DNA from: an uncultured Gemmatimonadota bacterium
GTDB lineage: Bacteria > GCA-2686955
Assembly: GCA_964490075.1 (NCBI GenBank)
Contig: CAZBBK010000003.1
Span: forward strand, 62,001 to 126,000
Direction of reading: 5' to 3'
Length of the DNA stretch: 64,000 nucleotides
Part shown: piece by piece, positions 9,770-20,215 of the stretch
Position numbering within the stretch: the stretch's first letter is position 1
Layout of the letters: each line of letters begins with the position of its first letter
The notes under the pieces: generated by a model
Seen by the model: the letters and a program-made list of their open reading frames with translations, nothing else
Told to the model about the DNA's origin: nothing
Database searches by the model: none
Made by a program: the position numbers and the translations under genes

Positions 9770-9801
9770 TTGGCTGTACCGCCTCCGAGGCGGATCGAAT
9801 C

Positions 9802-12204
9802 ATGGACCAGGCAACGCTCGAGAAGCTGGCCTTTTTCGACGTGATCGACCTGGTCGCGGGGCAGGCCCAGTCGCCCCTCGGTGTCGATCGCGTGCGCTCG
9901 CTGCGCCCGGCCTTCGAGGTCGAGACGGTGCGGGCCGAGCACGAGCTGGCGGTCGAGGCGATGCGGGCGCTCGATGAGGGCCGTCCGGTCTCGTTCAACG
10001 GCGCCGCCGACCTGCGGGCGGCGCTGACCCACGCGGCGCGGCCCGGCACCCATCTGCCGGCGGAGGAGCTGTGGGCGATCGCGGTCACGATCCGCGTGGC
10101 CCACCAGGTCCGGCGGCTGCTCTCCGATGCGCGTCGTGAGCTGCCCGCCCTCTTCGCCATCGCCGATCCGATCAGCGCCCCGGGCCCGCTGGCCGCGGCG
10201 ATCGAGAGCGCGATCGCGCCGCCGGCGGAGCTGCTCGACGATGCATCTTCCGAGCTGAAGAAGATCCGTCGCTCGCGGATCGATCTCGAGCGCAAGATCC
10301 GCGACGAGCTGGAGCGCATCGTGCGCAACCTCGGCGCCCAGGGTCACCTGCAGGACTCGCTCCACACCCTGCGCGAAGGGCGTTTCGTGGTCCCGGTGCG
10401 GGCTGCGTCGCGCCGCCAGGTGCGCGGCATCGTCCACGATCGCTCGGCCAGCGGCGAGACCTACTTCATCGAGCCGGCACGACTGGTGGAGCTGGGCAAC
10501 CGGCTGCGCGACTTGGACGCCAGAGAGCGGGAGGAGATCCTGCGCATCCTGCGCCTGCTCACCGACCGCGTTCGCTCCGAGGTTGCGGCGCTGCTCGATG
10601 ACCTGGAGCGCATCGCCCGGCTCGACGAGATCTTCGCGCGCGGGCGTTTCGGGCGCACCCACGCCTGCATCCGCCCGGCCGTCGAGAGCGCGCTGGGGCC
10701 GCTGCGCATCGTCGCGGGCCGCCATCCGATTCTGGAGCGTTCGCTGGGGCGCGAGCAGGTGGTGCCGCTCGACCTGGAGCTCGCGGGCGACTCCGGGGTG
10801 CTGATGGTGACCGGACCGAACGCTGGCGGCAAGACGGTCGCGCTCAAGACCGCCGGGCTGCTCTCGCTGCTCGCGCAGTCCGGCATTCCGGTGCCGGCCG
10901 GCGAGGGCACCGCGCTGCCGGTGTGGCGCCACATCGGCAGCGACATCGGCGACGGCCAGTCGCTGGAGGCCAACCTCTCTACCTTCAGCGCCCACGTGGC
11001 GAACCTGGCCCGGATCTGTGCCGAGGCCGGTCCCGGCTCCCTGGTGCTACTCGACGAGCTCGGCACCGGGACCGATCCCGACGAGGGCGCCGCGCTCGGC
11101 GCGTCGGTGGTCGAGCACCTGGCGGGCGCCGGCGCGCGCGTCCTGGCGACCACCCATCTCGGGCAGCTCAAGCTGCTGGCGGCGAACGACGCCGGTGTCG
11201 AGAACGCGGCGATGGAGTTTTCGGAGCGGGAGCTGGCGCCCACCTATCGGCTGCGCCAGGGCATTCCAGGGCATTCCTACGGCATCGAGATCGCGCGGCG
11301 GCTCGGTCTGCCGGCCACGGTGATCGAGGATGCCGAGCAGCGCCGCGGTCGCGCAGAGGTCGATCTGGCGGCCATCACATGCGAGCTGGAGGCCCGTCTG
11401 CGCGACGCCGAGGAGCGCGAGGCCGAGGCCGAGAGGCTGCTGGCCCGGGCGCGGCGTACCTTCGCCGAGGCCCAAAGTGCCCTGGAGCAGGCCGAGTCCC
11501 GCGAGGCCGATCTGCGCGGCGACCTCGCCGCCAAGGTCGACGCGCTGGCGCGCGAGGCACGCCGCGAGCTGGAGCGCTCGGTGCAGGACGTGCGCGAGGC
11601 CGGCGCCGACCGCGAGGCGATCAAGCGCGGCCGGGCGGCGATCGAGGAGCTGCGCAATCGCCACTCCGGCAAGACTGGGCCGCGCCGCGGAAACGCCCCA
11701 CGCCCGGCCGCCGCGGCAGCGGCCAGAACGACGCGGCGGCCCCTGCAGGTGGGCGACCAGGTGCGGGCGCCGGAGCTCGGCTTTCAGGGCACGATCGAGT
11801 CCCTCAAAGGGGATCGGGCGCGGATCCGCAAAGGGACGATCTCGCTGGAGGTCGATCTTCGCGGCCTCGAGCCCGCCGATGCCCCGACCCGGGGCAAGGG
11901 GGGGTGGCAGCGGGCCGAGCAAGAAGACGCCTCCTGCTTGCCCGAGCGGCGCCTCGACCTGCGCGGGCAGCGCGCCGAGGACGCGGCGGAAGCTCTCGAT
12001 CGATTCCTGGATGCGTCGATCCTGGCCGGCTTCGAGACTCTGGAAATCGTCCACGGCAAAGGAACCGGCGCACTCCGGCGCTGCATCGGTGAGCTCTTGA
12101 CCGCCGATCCGAGGGTGGCCGGCTCGCGCCTGGGCGGCTGGAACGAAGGGGGCGCCGGGGTCACGATCGCGACCTTGCGTCGCGGCGGCGGCCGCAAGGG
12201 CTGA
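9802..12204 (+). CDS. mutS2: endonuclease MutS2
   Basis: GIVHDRSASGETYFIEP, TGPNAGGKT, LDELGTGTDP, C-terminal Smr domain (LDLRG, HGKGTG). Confidence 0.97.
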   Translation: MDQATLEKLAFFDVIDLVAGQAQSPLGVDRVRSLRPAFEVETVRAEHELAVEAMRALDEGRPVSFNGAADLRAALTHAARPGTHLPAEELWAIAVTIRVAHQVRRLLSDARRELPALFAIADPISAPGPLAAAIESAIAPPAELLDDASSELKKIRRSRIDLERKIRDELERIVRNLGAQGHLQDSLHTLREGRFVVPVRAASRRQVRGIVHDRSASGETYFIEPARLVELGNRLRDLDAREREEILRILRLLTDRVRSEVAALLDDLERIARLDEIFARGRFGRTHACIRPAVESALGPLRIVAGRHPILERSLGREQVVPLDLELAGDSGVLMVTGPNAGGKTVALKTAGLLSLLAQSGIPVPAGEGTALPVWRHIGSDIGDGQSLEANLSTFSAHVANLARICAEAGPGSLVLLDELGTGTDPDEGAALGASVVEHLAGAGARVLATTHLGQLKLLAANDAGVENAAMEFSERELAPTYRLRQGIPGHSYGIEIARRLGLPATVIEDAEQRRGRAEVDLAAITCELEARLRDAEEREAEAERLLARARRTFAEAQSALEQAESREADLRGDLAAKVDALAREARRELERSVQDVREAGADREAIKRGRAAIEELRNRHSGKTGPRRGNAPRPAAAAAARTTRRPLQVGDQVRAPELGFQGTIESLKGDRARIRKGTISLEVDLRGLEPADAPTRGKGGWQRAEQEDASCLPERRLDLRGQRAEDAAEALDRFLDASILAGFETLEIVHGKGTGALRRCIGELLTADPRVAGSRLGGWNEGGAGVTIATLRRGGGRKG

Positions 12205-12214
12205 GGGGAACACG

Positions 12215-13945
12215 ATGAGGATCGGTGACCAGACCGTGGACCGGGTTCGCGCCCTGATCGACGTCGTCGCTCTGGTCGGCGAGTTGGTGGCGCTGCGGCG
12301 CACGGGTCGCAATCACGTCGGCCTCTGCCCCTTCCACCAGGAGAAGACCCCCTCCTTTTCCGTGAATCCGGAGAAGGGGGTCTTCCACTGCTTCGGCTGC
12401 GGCAAGGGGGGAGACGTCTTCACCTTCGTGATGGAGACCCAGGGTGTGGGCTTCCTCGATGCGGTGCGCATCTTGGCCGAGCGCGCCGGGGTCGAGATCG
12501 AGCAGAGCGCCGGCCACAGCCGCGCGGAGGCGCTCTATCAGCTCAATGCTTTCGCGGCCCGCTTCTTCCAAGAGGTGCTGCTGCGGCGCCCGGAAGGCGC
12601 GCCCGCGCGGCGCTACGCCCAGTCCCGAGGAATCGACCAGGAGCTGGCCAAGAAGCTCGGTCTCGGCGCCGCCCCCGATTCCTGGTCGGCGCTCCACGAG
12701 CGGGCGCTCGCCGAGGGCTTCGATCCGGAGCTGCTGAAAACCGGTGGCCTATCGGTTGACAGGCGCGACGGAAAAGGTCATTATGATCGTTTCCGTAATC
12801 GACTCATCTTCCCGATTCGAGCAGTGACCGGCCGGGTCGTGGCCTTCGGCGGCAGATGCCTGAGCGACGATCAGCGGCCCAAGTACATCAACTCGCCCGA
12901 AACTCCGGCCTACCGCAAAGGCGAGCATCTCTACGGGCTGGCCGAGGCCCGCGATGCAATCCGTTCCGCGCGCACGGCGCTGGTGGTCGAGGGCTACACC
13001 GACTGCATTGCCATGCACCGCGCCGGCATCGTCCACGCGGTGGCCGCTCTCGGCACGGCCTTCACTCCTCGCCAGGGGGAGCTGCTGCGAAGGTATGCGG
13101 ATGACGTGATTCTGGTGTTCGACGCCGACGCGGCGGGCCAGGCCGCTGCGCTACGTGGCATGGGAGTCTTGCTTTCCAAGGGCTTGCGCGTGCAAACCGC
13201 GATTCTGCCCCCAGGGAGCGATCCCGACTCCCTGCTGGCCCAGGGTGGCGCGGAAGCATTGCGGGAGGTGATCTCCCGGCCCTCCGACGCGGTGCGCCAC
13301 CATCTCGAAGAGTTCATTTCCGATCTGCGAGACGCAGGTCCAGCCCAGCGCGTGAGAGGCGTGGCACCGCTCGTCGACGCGCTGCAATCGATCGATGATT
13401 CCGCGTTGCGGGATGCCTACTTGGCGGAGGTCGCCGGGCGCATCCGGGTCGATCCGCGGGCTTTGCGCCGCGGACAGCCGGCGCGACAGATCAGCAAGGA
13501 GGTCGAGGCGCCGGCCGAGGCGCCGCTGGAACTGAATTCTTCTTCGACCGAGCTCTTGCGCCTGGCGCTGTCGGATGCCGCCGGCAGGACCTTTGCGCGC
13601 ATCGAGGCGGAGCGGGTGGACGATTCGCGGGTGCGTGGGATCTACACGATGTTGGCCAAGACCTACCAGGAGTCGGGTGCGGTGGAGCTGGGACGGGTGT
13701 TGGCCGCCATCGACGATCCGGCGATCCGATCGGCGCTGACGGCGATCGCCGCCAGCCCCGAGACCGAGTCGATCGACCTGGACCGACTGCTCGATGACGT
13801 CGCCGCCGATCTCCAGCGACGTGCCGATGCGCGCACGCGCTGGGAGCTCAATCGGCGGCTGGATCGCGAGCAGGACCCCGCACGCCGCAGAGAGATTCTC
13901 CTGGAGCTCACTAAGTTGTTGCAGAAAAAGCAGCGGCGGATTTGA
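12215..13945 (+). CDS. dnaG: DNA primase
   Basis: CPFH...CFGC zinc finger, PKYINSPET, VEGYTD, FDADAAG. Confidence 0.98.
   Translation: MRIGDQTVDRVRALIDVVALVGELVALRRTGRNHVGLCPFHQEKTPSFSVNPEKGVFHCFGCGKGGDVFTFVMETQGVGFLDAVRILAERAGVEIEQSAGHSRAEALYQLNAFAARFFQEVLLRRPEGAPARRYAQSRGIDQELAKKLGLGAAPDSWSALHERALAEGFDPELLKTGGLSVDRRDGKGHYDRFRNRLIFPIRAVTGRVVAFGGRCLSDDQRPKYINSPETPAYRKGEHLYGLAEARDAIRSARTALVVEGYTDCIAMHRAGIVHAVAALGTAFTPRQGELLRRYADDVILVFDADAAGQAAALRGMGVLLSKGLRVQTAILPPGSDPDSLLAQGGAEALREVISRPSDAVRHHLEEFISDLRDAGPAQRVRGVAPLVDALQSIDDSALRDAYLAEVAGRIRVDPRALRRGQPARQISKEVEAPAEAPLELNSSSTELLRLALSDAAGRTFARIEAERVDDSRVRGIYTMLAKTYQESGAVELGRVLAAIDDPAIRSALTAIAASPETESIDLDRLLDDVAADLQRRADARTRWELNRRLDREQDPARRREILLELTKLLQKKQRRI
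12756..12784 (+). promoter_or_regulatory. possible internal promoter within dnaG
   Basis: TTGACA-N17-CATTAT in a locally AT-rich patch with atypical codons. Confidence 0.35.
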
Positions 13946-14118
13946 CTTGCACCAGGACCATGACCTAGTGGTGTCTAAATGAAACACATGCCCGCGCCAC
14001 CGGTTGCGCGGGCATCAAGGTGATCGGGATGGGATCTGCACCGCCCCGATCGAATGAGCGCCCGAGATGCGCTCCAGATGCCGGCGCGGGATCGAAACCC
14101 GCGATCGGCGGGGGAACC

Positions 14119-15828
14119 ATGAGCAGAGCACAGTTGCAGCAGAAGATCGAGCTCCTGAAGCGGGTCTCCGACTACCGCGGCGAGGTCACCTTCGGGGTGT
14201 TGGACCGCGATGTCAGAGGCGGTACGATCACCGCCGACGATGCGGATCAGTTGGTGCTTTCGGTGAAGGGCAGGACTTTCGGTTTCGTCGACTCGCGAGA
14301 CGAGCTGAACGGCGGCCGCGACGAGGCGGAGCTGCGCCGCATGCTCGACAGCTCGTCGAAGCTGATGAAGTTCGACGACCCGGTGCGCATGTACCTGCGC
14401 GAGATGGGCAAAGTGCCCTTGCTCGATCGCGAGGGCGAGGTGAGGATCGCCCGGCGCATCGAGGAGGCTCAAAAGAGCATCAACGCCAACCTCTTCAAGT
14501 TCGAGGTGGTGGTCGAGGAGTTCTTTCGAGCTTTCGAGCGCCTCAAGACCGGCGAAGCGCGCCTCGAAGAGATCATCCAGGTCGACACCGCCGCCCAGCC
14601 GGGCTCCACGGCGAAGCAGGATCGCGAGCTCTTGACCGAGATCAGGAACCAGCTGGTGGAGCTGCGCGAGGAGCTCGGAACCCACTACCGAACCCTGGAC
14701 AACGCCAAGCTCTCGGCCGCGGAGCGCAAGGCGCTGCGCAAGCGGATCGAGACGCGGCGCCGCCGGATCGGCGCCGAGATCACCCGCCTGAACCTCAAGG
14801 CGACCCACGTCGCCGACCTGCGCGCTCATCTAATCGGCGTCGACGACGATCTGCGCGAGCGCGAGCGGGCGATCGCCTCCGAGCTCTTGCATCTGGGAGT
14901 CTCCTACGACCAGCTCCTGAATCTCTCCCGCAATATCGCGCGCGGAAGACCGACCCGCCACGCCGAGGTCGACGTGCTGGCGACCGCCAACGCCGTCGCG
15001 GCGCATCGCGAGCACATCGCCACGATCGAAGAGGAGAACCACACCACCAAGGAGGCCTTGCGCCGCGGGATCGACCGGATTCGCGAGCACGAGGCGGCGA
15101 AGAAGCAGGCCAAGACCGAGATGGTCGAGGCCAACGTCCGCCTGGTGATCTCGATCGCCAAGCGCTACACCAACCGCGGGCTGGAGTTCCTCGACCTGAT
15201 CCAGGAAGGAAACTCAGGGCTGATGCGGGCGGTCGACAAGTTCGACTACAAGAAGGGCTACAAGTTCTCGACCTACGCAACCTGGTGGATTCGCCAGGCC
15301 ATCACCCGGGCGATCGCCGACCAGGCGCGGACCATTCGCGTTCCGGTGCATATGATCGAGGCGATCAACAAGGTGGTGAAGGCCTCACGGCGTCTGCTCC
15401 AGGAGTACGGCCGCGAACCGACGCCTGAAGAGATCGCGACCCGGCTCAATCTCCCCGTGGAGAAGGTCAAGAGCGTGCTCAAGGTGGCCCAGGATCCGAT
15501 CTCGCTCGATCGACCGATCGGCGAGGACGAGGACTCCTACATCGGCGACTTCATCGAAGACACCAAGGTGGTCTCGCCGGCGCAGTCCTCCGCTTTCTCG
15601 ATGCTGCAGGACCAGATGGGATCGGTGCTCTCGACCCTGACCCAGCGCGAGGAGCGGGTGATTCGGCTGCGCTTCGGGCTCGGGGACGGCTGCCCGCGTA
15701 CCCTCGAAGAGGTCGGCAACATCTTCAACGTCACCCGCGAGCGGGTTCGGCAGATCGAGGCCAAGGCTCTGCGCAAGCTGCGCCACCCCTCGCGCAGCCG
15801 CAAGCTGCACGGCTTCGTCGATCTCTAG
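14119..15828 (+). CDS. rpoD: primary sigma factor RpoD
   Basis: [49 protein letters not shown] 14119 after GGGGGA. Confidence 0.98.
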   Translation: MSRAQLQQKIELLKRVSDYRGEVTFGVLDRDVRGGTITADDADQLVLSVKGRTFGFVDSRDELNGGRDEAELRRMLDSSSKLMKFDDPVRMYLREMGKVPLLDREGEVRIARRIEEAQKSINANLFKFEVVVEEFFRAFERLKTGEARLEEIIQVDTAAQPGSTAKQDRELLTEIRNQLVELREELGTHYRTLDNAKLSAAERKALRKRIETRRRRIGAEITRLNLKATHVADLRAHLIGVDDDLRERERAIASELLHLGVSYDQLLNLSRNIARGRPTRHAEVDVLATANAVAAHREHIATIEEENHTTKEALRRGIDRIREHEAAKKQAKTEMVEANVRLVISIAKRYTNRGLEFLDLIQEGNSGLMRAVDKFDYKKGYKFSTYATWWIRQAITRAIADQARTIRVPVHMIEAINKVVKASRRLLQEYGREPTPEEIATRLNLPVEKVKSVLKVAQDPISLDRPIGEDEDSYIGDFIEDTKVVSPAQSSAFSMLQDQMGSVLSTLTQREERVIRLRFGLGDGCPRTLEEVGNIFNVTRERVRQIEAKALRKLRHPSRSRKLHGFVDL

Positions 15829-15938
15829 ACGCATCGTCCGCCGCCGCCCGGCGGTGGACAGAGCCCGCCGCGCCGTGCCAAAGTAGCGCCTCGATCTTGG
15901 CGGGCGGACGCTCGGCGAGCGCCCGGTCGGATTGCCAA

Positions 15939-16014
15939 GGGCCCATAGCTCAGCGGTTAGAGCTGCCGGCTCATAACCGGTAGGTCCCAGGTTCGAACCC
16001 TGGTGGGCCCACCA
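15939..16014 (+). tRNA. tRNA with CAT anticodon, most likely tRNA-Ile2 (lysidine-modified)
   Basis: 76-nt cloverleaf GGGCCCA...TGGGCCCACCA, loop CTCATAA, GTTCGAA; paired G1-C72 (not initiator); downstream of rpoD like E. coli ileX. Confidence 0.93.
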
Positions 16015-16066
16015 GTTCACTCCTCCGCCGCACACCGAACCGGGGGTCTCTTTGGCCGATGGCGAG

Positions 16067-16774
16067 ATGAAGCGAGTCAACGAGGCGCTGGGACGCCTGC
16101 AATCCCTCGACCGCCGACTTCGGGAGCTCGATTCCGTGATCGAGAGCGTGCCCGGGCGGCGTGCCGCCGTGGAGGGCCGCCTGGCCAGCGCGCGGCAGGC
16201 CTTGGATGCGGCGCGCGGCAGTGCCGAGAACGACGCGCTGACTCGCCGCCGGCTGGAGCGTGAGATCGCGCAGATCGAGGGCGAGCGGGCCAAGTACCAG
16301 ACCCAGCAGATCAGCGTCAAGACCAACAAGGAGTACGATGCCCTGCGCGCCGAGATCTCGCGCGCGGGAGAGCGTATTTCCGCGGCCGAGGACGATGTCC
16401 TGGCGCTGCTGGAGAAGGAGTCGGAGCACGAGCGGACGGTGGCAGAAGGAACGGCGGCCTTGCAGGATGACGAGGCTCGCGCGGCGCAAGAGCTGGCGGC
16501 GCTGGAGGCGGAGCGCGCATCCGCCGAGGCCGATCGCGCGGAGCTCCAGAGCACCAGGCAAGCGGCGGTCGAGGATGTGGGTCCCGCGACGATGTCGATC
16601 TACCAGAGAATCGGCGCCACGCGCGACGGTCTGGCGGTGGTCCAGGTCTCCAACGAGTCCTGCGGCGGCTGCTACTCGGCGGTGCCTCCGCAGAAGGTCG
16701 CCGAGGTGCGCGGCGCATCGAAGATCGTACACTGTGAGTACTGTGGGCGGATCCTCGTCCACGAACCGACCTGA
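16067..16774 (+). CDS. coiled-coil C4 zinc-ribbon protein (CT398/zf-RING_7-like)
   Basis: long coiled coil, KTNKEYDAL, CGGC...CEYCGRIL; alternative TTG start at 16052. Confidence 0.92.
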   Translation: MKRVNEALGRLQSLDRRLRELDSVIESVPGRRAAVEGRLASARQALDAARGSAENDALTRRRLEREIAQIEGERAKYQTQQISVKTNKEYDALRAEISRAGERISAAEDDVLALLEKESEHERTVAEGTAALQDDEARAAQELAALEAERASAEADRAELQSTRQAAVEDVGPATMSIYQRIGATRDGLAVVQVSNESCGGCYSAVPPQKVAEVRGASKIVHCEYCGRILVHEPT

Positions 16775-16832
16775 TCGACACGATCCGGGCGCATGCCGGA
16801 TCGTGTACCAGATCGCTGGAGGAATCGAATCG

Positions 16833-17215
16833 GGGAGCGGGTGCGACGGCCGCGAGCCTCTTCGAGGCTCGAGGAAAGTCCGGGCTCCACAGGGCAAAGG
16901 TGCTGGGTAACGCCCAGGAGGGGCGACCCTCGGAAAGTGCAACAGAGAGTAGACCGCCGTCGATCTCCGATCGCCGGTAAGGGTGAAAGGGTGAGGTAAG
17001 AGCTCACCAGCGGCTCGGGTGACCGGGCCGGATCGGCAAACCCCACCTGGAGCAAGACCGCATAGGGGAGGAGGGATCGCCCGTCCCGCTCGACTCCCGG
17101 GTTGGTCGCTCGACGCGCCGGGCAACCGGTGTGCTAGATGGATGGTCGTCCCACCGATCGGCGCTCCCTCGGGAGCGCGATCGGCGGAACAGAACCCGGC
17201 TTACGGCCCGCTCCC
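16833..17215 (+). ncRNA. rnpB: RNase P RNA (type A)
   Basis: GAGGAAAGTCCGGGCTCC, GGAAAGTGCAACAGA, ACAGAACCCGGCTTAC; P1 pairing GGGAGCGGG / CCCGCTCCC. Confidence 0.97.
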
Positions 17216-17257
17216 TTTCGGTCCGGCAGTCCGGACCTGCGAGGCGTGGAGGAGTCG

Positions 17258-19456
17258 ATGGCTCCCGATCTGAGAAAAGACCCGACCGAGATGACCAAGG
17301 AGGAGTTCATCGAGGCGGTCGGTCTGCTTTCTCCCTACGCCGACCGGGCGCTGGTCTCGCAGGCCTTCGACTTCGGGCACCGAGCGCACGCCGGCCAGCG
17401 GCGCATCTCGGGCGATCCCTACTTCACCCACTCGATGGCGGTGGCGCTGAGCCTGGCCGAGTGGCACCAGGACTCGCTCACCATCGGCGCGGGCCTGATC
17501 CACGACGTGGTGGAAGACACGATCTCCACCTCGGAAGACATCGAGGCCGAATTCGGGCCCGAGATGGTGCAGATCGTCGACGGGGTCACGAAGATCTCGA
17601 CGCGCTTCGTTTTCACCTCTCGCGAGGCGAAGCAGGCCGAGAACTTCCGCAAGATGCTGGTCTCCATGGCGCGCGACATCCGCGTCATCCTGGTGAAGTT
17701 CGCCGACCGCCTGCACAACATGCGCACACTGGGCTACCTGGCCCCAGAGAAGCAGCAGCGGATCTCGCTCGAAACCCGCGAGATCTACGCCCCGCTGGCG
17801 CACCGATTTGGGATGGCGAAGGTCAAGTGGGAGCTCGAAGACCTGGCCATGAAGCACCTGGAGCCGGACGCCTACCGAATGATCGCGGAGAAGATCCAGG
17901 CCAAGCGCGAGCAGCGCGAGGTGCTGATCGACTCGGTGCGCGATCCCCTTGCCCAGCGTGTGGCGCAGGCCGTGATCGAGGCGACGATCTTCGGCCGCGC
18001 CAAGCACTTCTACTCCATCTATCGAAAGATGCGTTCGCGCGACAAGCCCTTCGAGCAGATCTACGATCTCCTGGCGATCCGCGTGGTCACCGATTCGGTC
18101 GAGCACTGCTACCACATCCTGGGAATCGTTCACAGCCTGTGGAAGCCGCTCAACGACCGCTTCAAGGACTACATCGCGACCCCCAAGTCGAACATGTACC
18201 AGTCGCTCCACACCACCGTCGCGGGCGATTCGGGCGACCTGATCGAGATCCAGATTCGCACCGACGAGATGGACCAGACCGCCGAAGAGGGGATCGCCGC
18301 GCACTGGCTCTACAAGGAGCAGACCGAGCACAGCCGCGACGAGGAGCAGTTCGTCTGGCTGCGGCAGATGATGGAGACCCAGAAGGACCTCTCCGACCCC
18401 CAGGAATTCATGGAGTCGCTGAAGATCGACCTCTTCCAGGAGGAGTGCTTCGTCTTCACTCCCAAGGGCGACCTGCTGCGCTTGCCGCGCGGCGCCACGC
18501 CGATCGACTTCGCCTTCGCCATCCACACCGAGGTGGGAATGCACTGCGCCGGCGCTCAGGTCAACGGGCGCTTCGCCACCCTGACGACGCCGCTGCGCAG
18601 CGGCGACATGGTCCAGATCGTCACCTCTCCTCAGCAGAAGCCCTCGCGCGACTGGCTGAGCGTGGCCAAGACCAGCCGCGCCAAGGTGAAGATCCGCCAG
18701 GCGCTGCGCCGCGCGGCGCGGGCCAACTCGATCACCATCGGTCGCCAGCTCTTCGAGCGCGACGCTCGCCGGCGGCGCCTGAGCATCAAGTACAACAAGG
18801 GCTTCGAAGAGACCCTGTCGAGCCTCGGATTCGAGTCCAGCGACGACCTCTTCGTCGCTCTGGCCGACGGCGAGGTGTCGAGCAGCTACGTGCTCAACCG
18901 ATTGATGCCGGAGAAGAAGGAGCCGCGCAGCCTCACTCCGGCGGTGCTCGATCGCATCATCGACCGCACCCGCGGCGTGAAAGGTGTGCGGATCGAAGAG
19001 GTGGACGACGTGCTGACCCGCCTGGCGGAGTGCTGCCAGCCGGTGCCCGGCGATCGGGTGTTCGGCTACATCACTCGGGGGCGCGGACTGACGATCCACC
19101 GCGTCGACTGCCCGAACTCCTTCGCTCTGGGCGATTCGGAGCGCCGCATCGAAGTGCACTGGTCGGTGGCTGGCGACGAGCGCTTCGTGGTCGACGTGAC
19201 CGTGCTCGGCCACGACCGCGCCAACCTGCTGCTCGATCTGACCAAGGAGATTTCCAAAATGGGGATCAACCTGCGCGGCTCCACCATGAGCTCCGCCAAC
19301 GGCGAGGTGGAAGGTCGCTTCGTGATGGAGATCGCCAACGGAACCCAGCTCAACAAGATCCTCAAGGACCTGATGCGGGTGAAGGGGGTCACATCGGTCT
19401 ACCGCCGCTCCTCGGGGATCGCCGACAGTCGAGGAAAACGGGGGAGCGCCGATTGA
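17258..19456 (+). CDS. rel: bifunctional (p)ppGpp synthetase/hydrolase (Rel/SpoT)
   Basis: intact HD motif (HDVVEDT), RFKDYI, YQSLHT, TGS (DFAFAIHT), C-terminal ACT; GGAGG RBS. Confidence 0.97.
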   Translation: MAPDLRKDPTEMTKEEFIEAVGLLSPYADRALVSQAFDFGHRAHAGQRRISGDPYFTHSMAVALSLAEWHQDSLTIGAGLIHDVVEDTISTSEDIEAEFGPEMVQIVDGVTKISTRFVFTSREAKQAENFRKMLVSMARDIRVILVKFADRLHNMRTLGYLAPEKQQRISLETREIYAPLAHRFGMAKVKWELEDLAMKHLEPDAYRMIAEKIQAKREQREVLIDSVRDPLAQRVAQAVIEATIFGRAKHFYSIYRKMRSRDKPFEQIYDLLAIRVVTDSVEHCYHILGIVHSLWKPLNDRFKDYIATPKSNMYQSLHTTVAGDSGDLIEIQIRTDEMDQTAEEGIAAHWLYKEQTEHSRDEEQFVWLRQMMETQKDLSDPQEFMESLKIDLFQEECFVFTPKGDLLRLPRGATPIDFAFAIHTEVGMHCAGAQVNGRFATLTTPLRSGDMVQIVTSPQQKPSRDWLSVAKTSRAKVKIRQALRRAARANSITIGRQLFERDARRRRLSIKYNKGFEETLSSLGFESSDDLFVALADGEVSSSYVLNRLMPEKKEPRSLTPAVLDRIIDRTRGVKGVRIEEVDDVLTRLAECCQPVPGDRVFGYITRGRGLTIHRVDCPNSFALGDSERRIEVHWSVAGDERFVVDVTVLGHDRANLLLDLTKEISKMGINLRGSTMSSANGEVEGRFVMEIANGTQLNKILKDLMRVKGVTSVYRRSSGIADSRGKRGSAD

Positions 19457-20160
19457 GCTGGCGCTGGGAGAGCGATCGGGCCCGGTCGCCGGAGCTCGAC
19501 GCACACCCCCGGCTGGCCCACGCCTTGCTGCTGCCGAGCGCCGCAGCGGCCGGGGAGCGCTCTGCGCGACTCGAGATACCCCCGCACGGGCTCCTGCGGC
19601 TCAAGCAGGTGCACGGCGCGGAGATCATCTCCTGGCGCCTCCCGACCGGCGCGCCCCCCACGGCCGACGGCATCGTGCTGCGCCGACCGGGCGAATGGTC
19701 GGAGATCCGAAGCGCCGACTGCGTGCCGCTGGTCGTGGCCGCCGCCGAGACGGTCGCGCTCGTGCATGGGGGATGGCGGGGCACCTTGGCCGGCATCGCG
19801 GCGCGCGCGATCGAGCGGCTCGACCGCGATCCGGCGACGTTGAGCGCGGTGCTCGGACCGCACATCGGCGTGTGCTGCTACCTCGTGGGCGAGGAGCTGG
19901 CGCGGCGCTTCGAACGCCGCTTCGGCCCAGGAGTCGTCGACCGAGGGGGGGGGCGGGCGCCGCATCTCGATCTGGCGCGCGCCGTGGAGCGCGACCTGAT
20001 CCGGGCGGGCGTCCGCGAATCGCGGATTCACCACAGCGGGGTTTGTACCTGCTGCGATCGCCGCGGACTGCCCTCGTGGCGTCGCGAAGGGGAGCAGGCC
20101 GGGCGCATGCGGACCGTGGTGGGGCTGCGATCTCGAACCGGGCCCGCCTCGCACTTCTGA
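19453..20160 (+). CDS. pgeF: YfiH/PgeF family purine nucleoside phosphorylase (polyphenol oxidase-like)
   Basis: QVHG, ADG, SADCVP, VHGGWRG, GPHIGVCCY, SWRR; TTG overlapping the rel stop. Confidence 0.88.
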   Translation: MSWRWESDRARSPELDAHPRLAHALLLPSAAAAGERSARLEIPPHGLLRLKQVHGAEIISWRLPTGAPPTADGIVLRRPGEWSEIRSADCVPLVVAAAETVALVHGGWRGTLAGIAARAIERLDRDPATLSAVLGPHIGVCCYLVGEELARRFERRFGPGVVDRGGGRAPHLDLARAVERDLIRAGVRESRIHHSGVCTCCDRRGLPSWRREGEQAGRMRTVVGLRSRTGPASHF

Positions 20161-20215
20161 TTCGCGCAGCGGTTCTGCTAGGCTCACGAGCTACGCATCG
20201 ATCGGAGGACTTTTC

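Noticed and set aside
15939-16014. Initiator tRNA-fMet, or a tRNA integration site
   Set aside because: Position 1-72 is paired and the three consecutive G-C anticodon pairs are absent; no integrase or duplicated tRNA 3' end was seen
17131-20160. 1009-aa ORF suggesting a large fusion protein
   Set aside because: Only the last 235 aa (pgeF) are protein-like; the rest is an alternate frame over rel. The same applies to the upstream extensions of the hemW, purD, purE, era, wecE, purC, mobB and GGR ORFs
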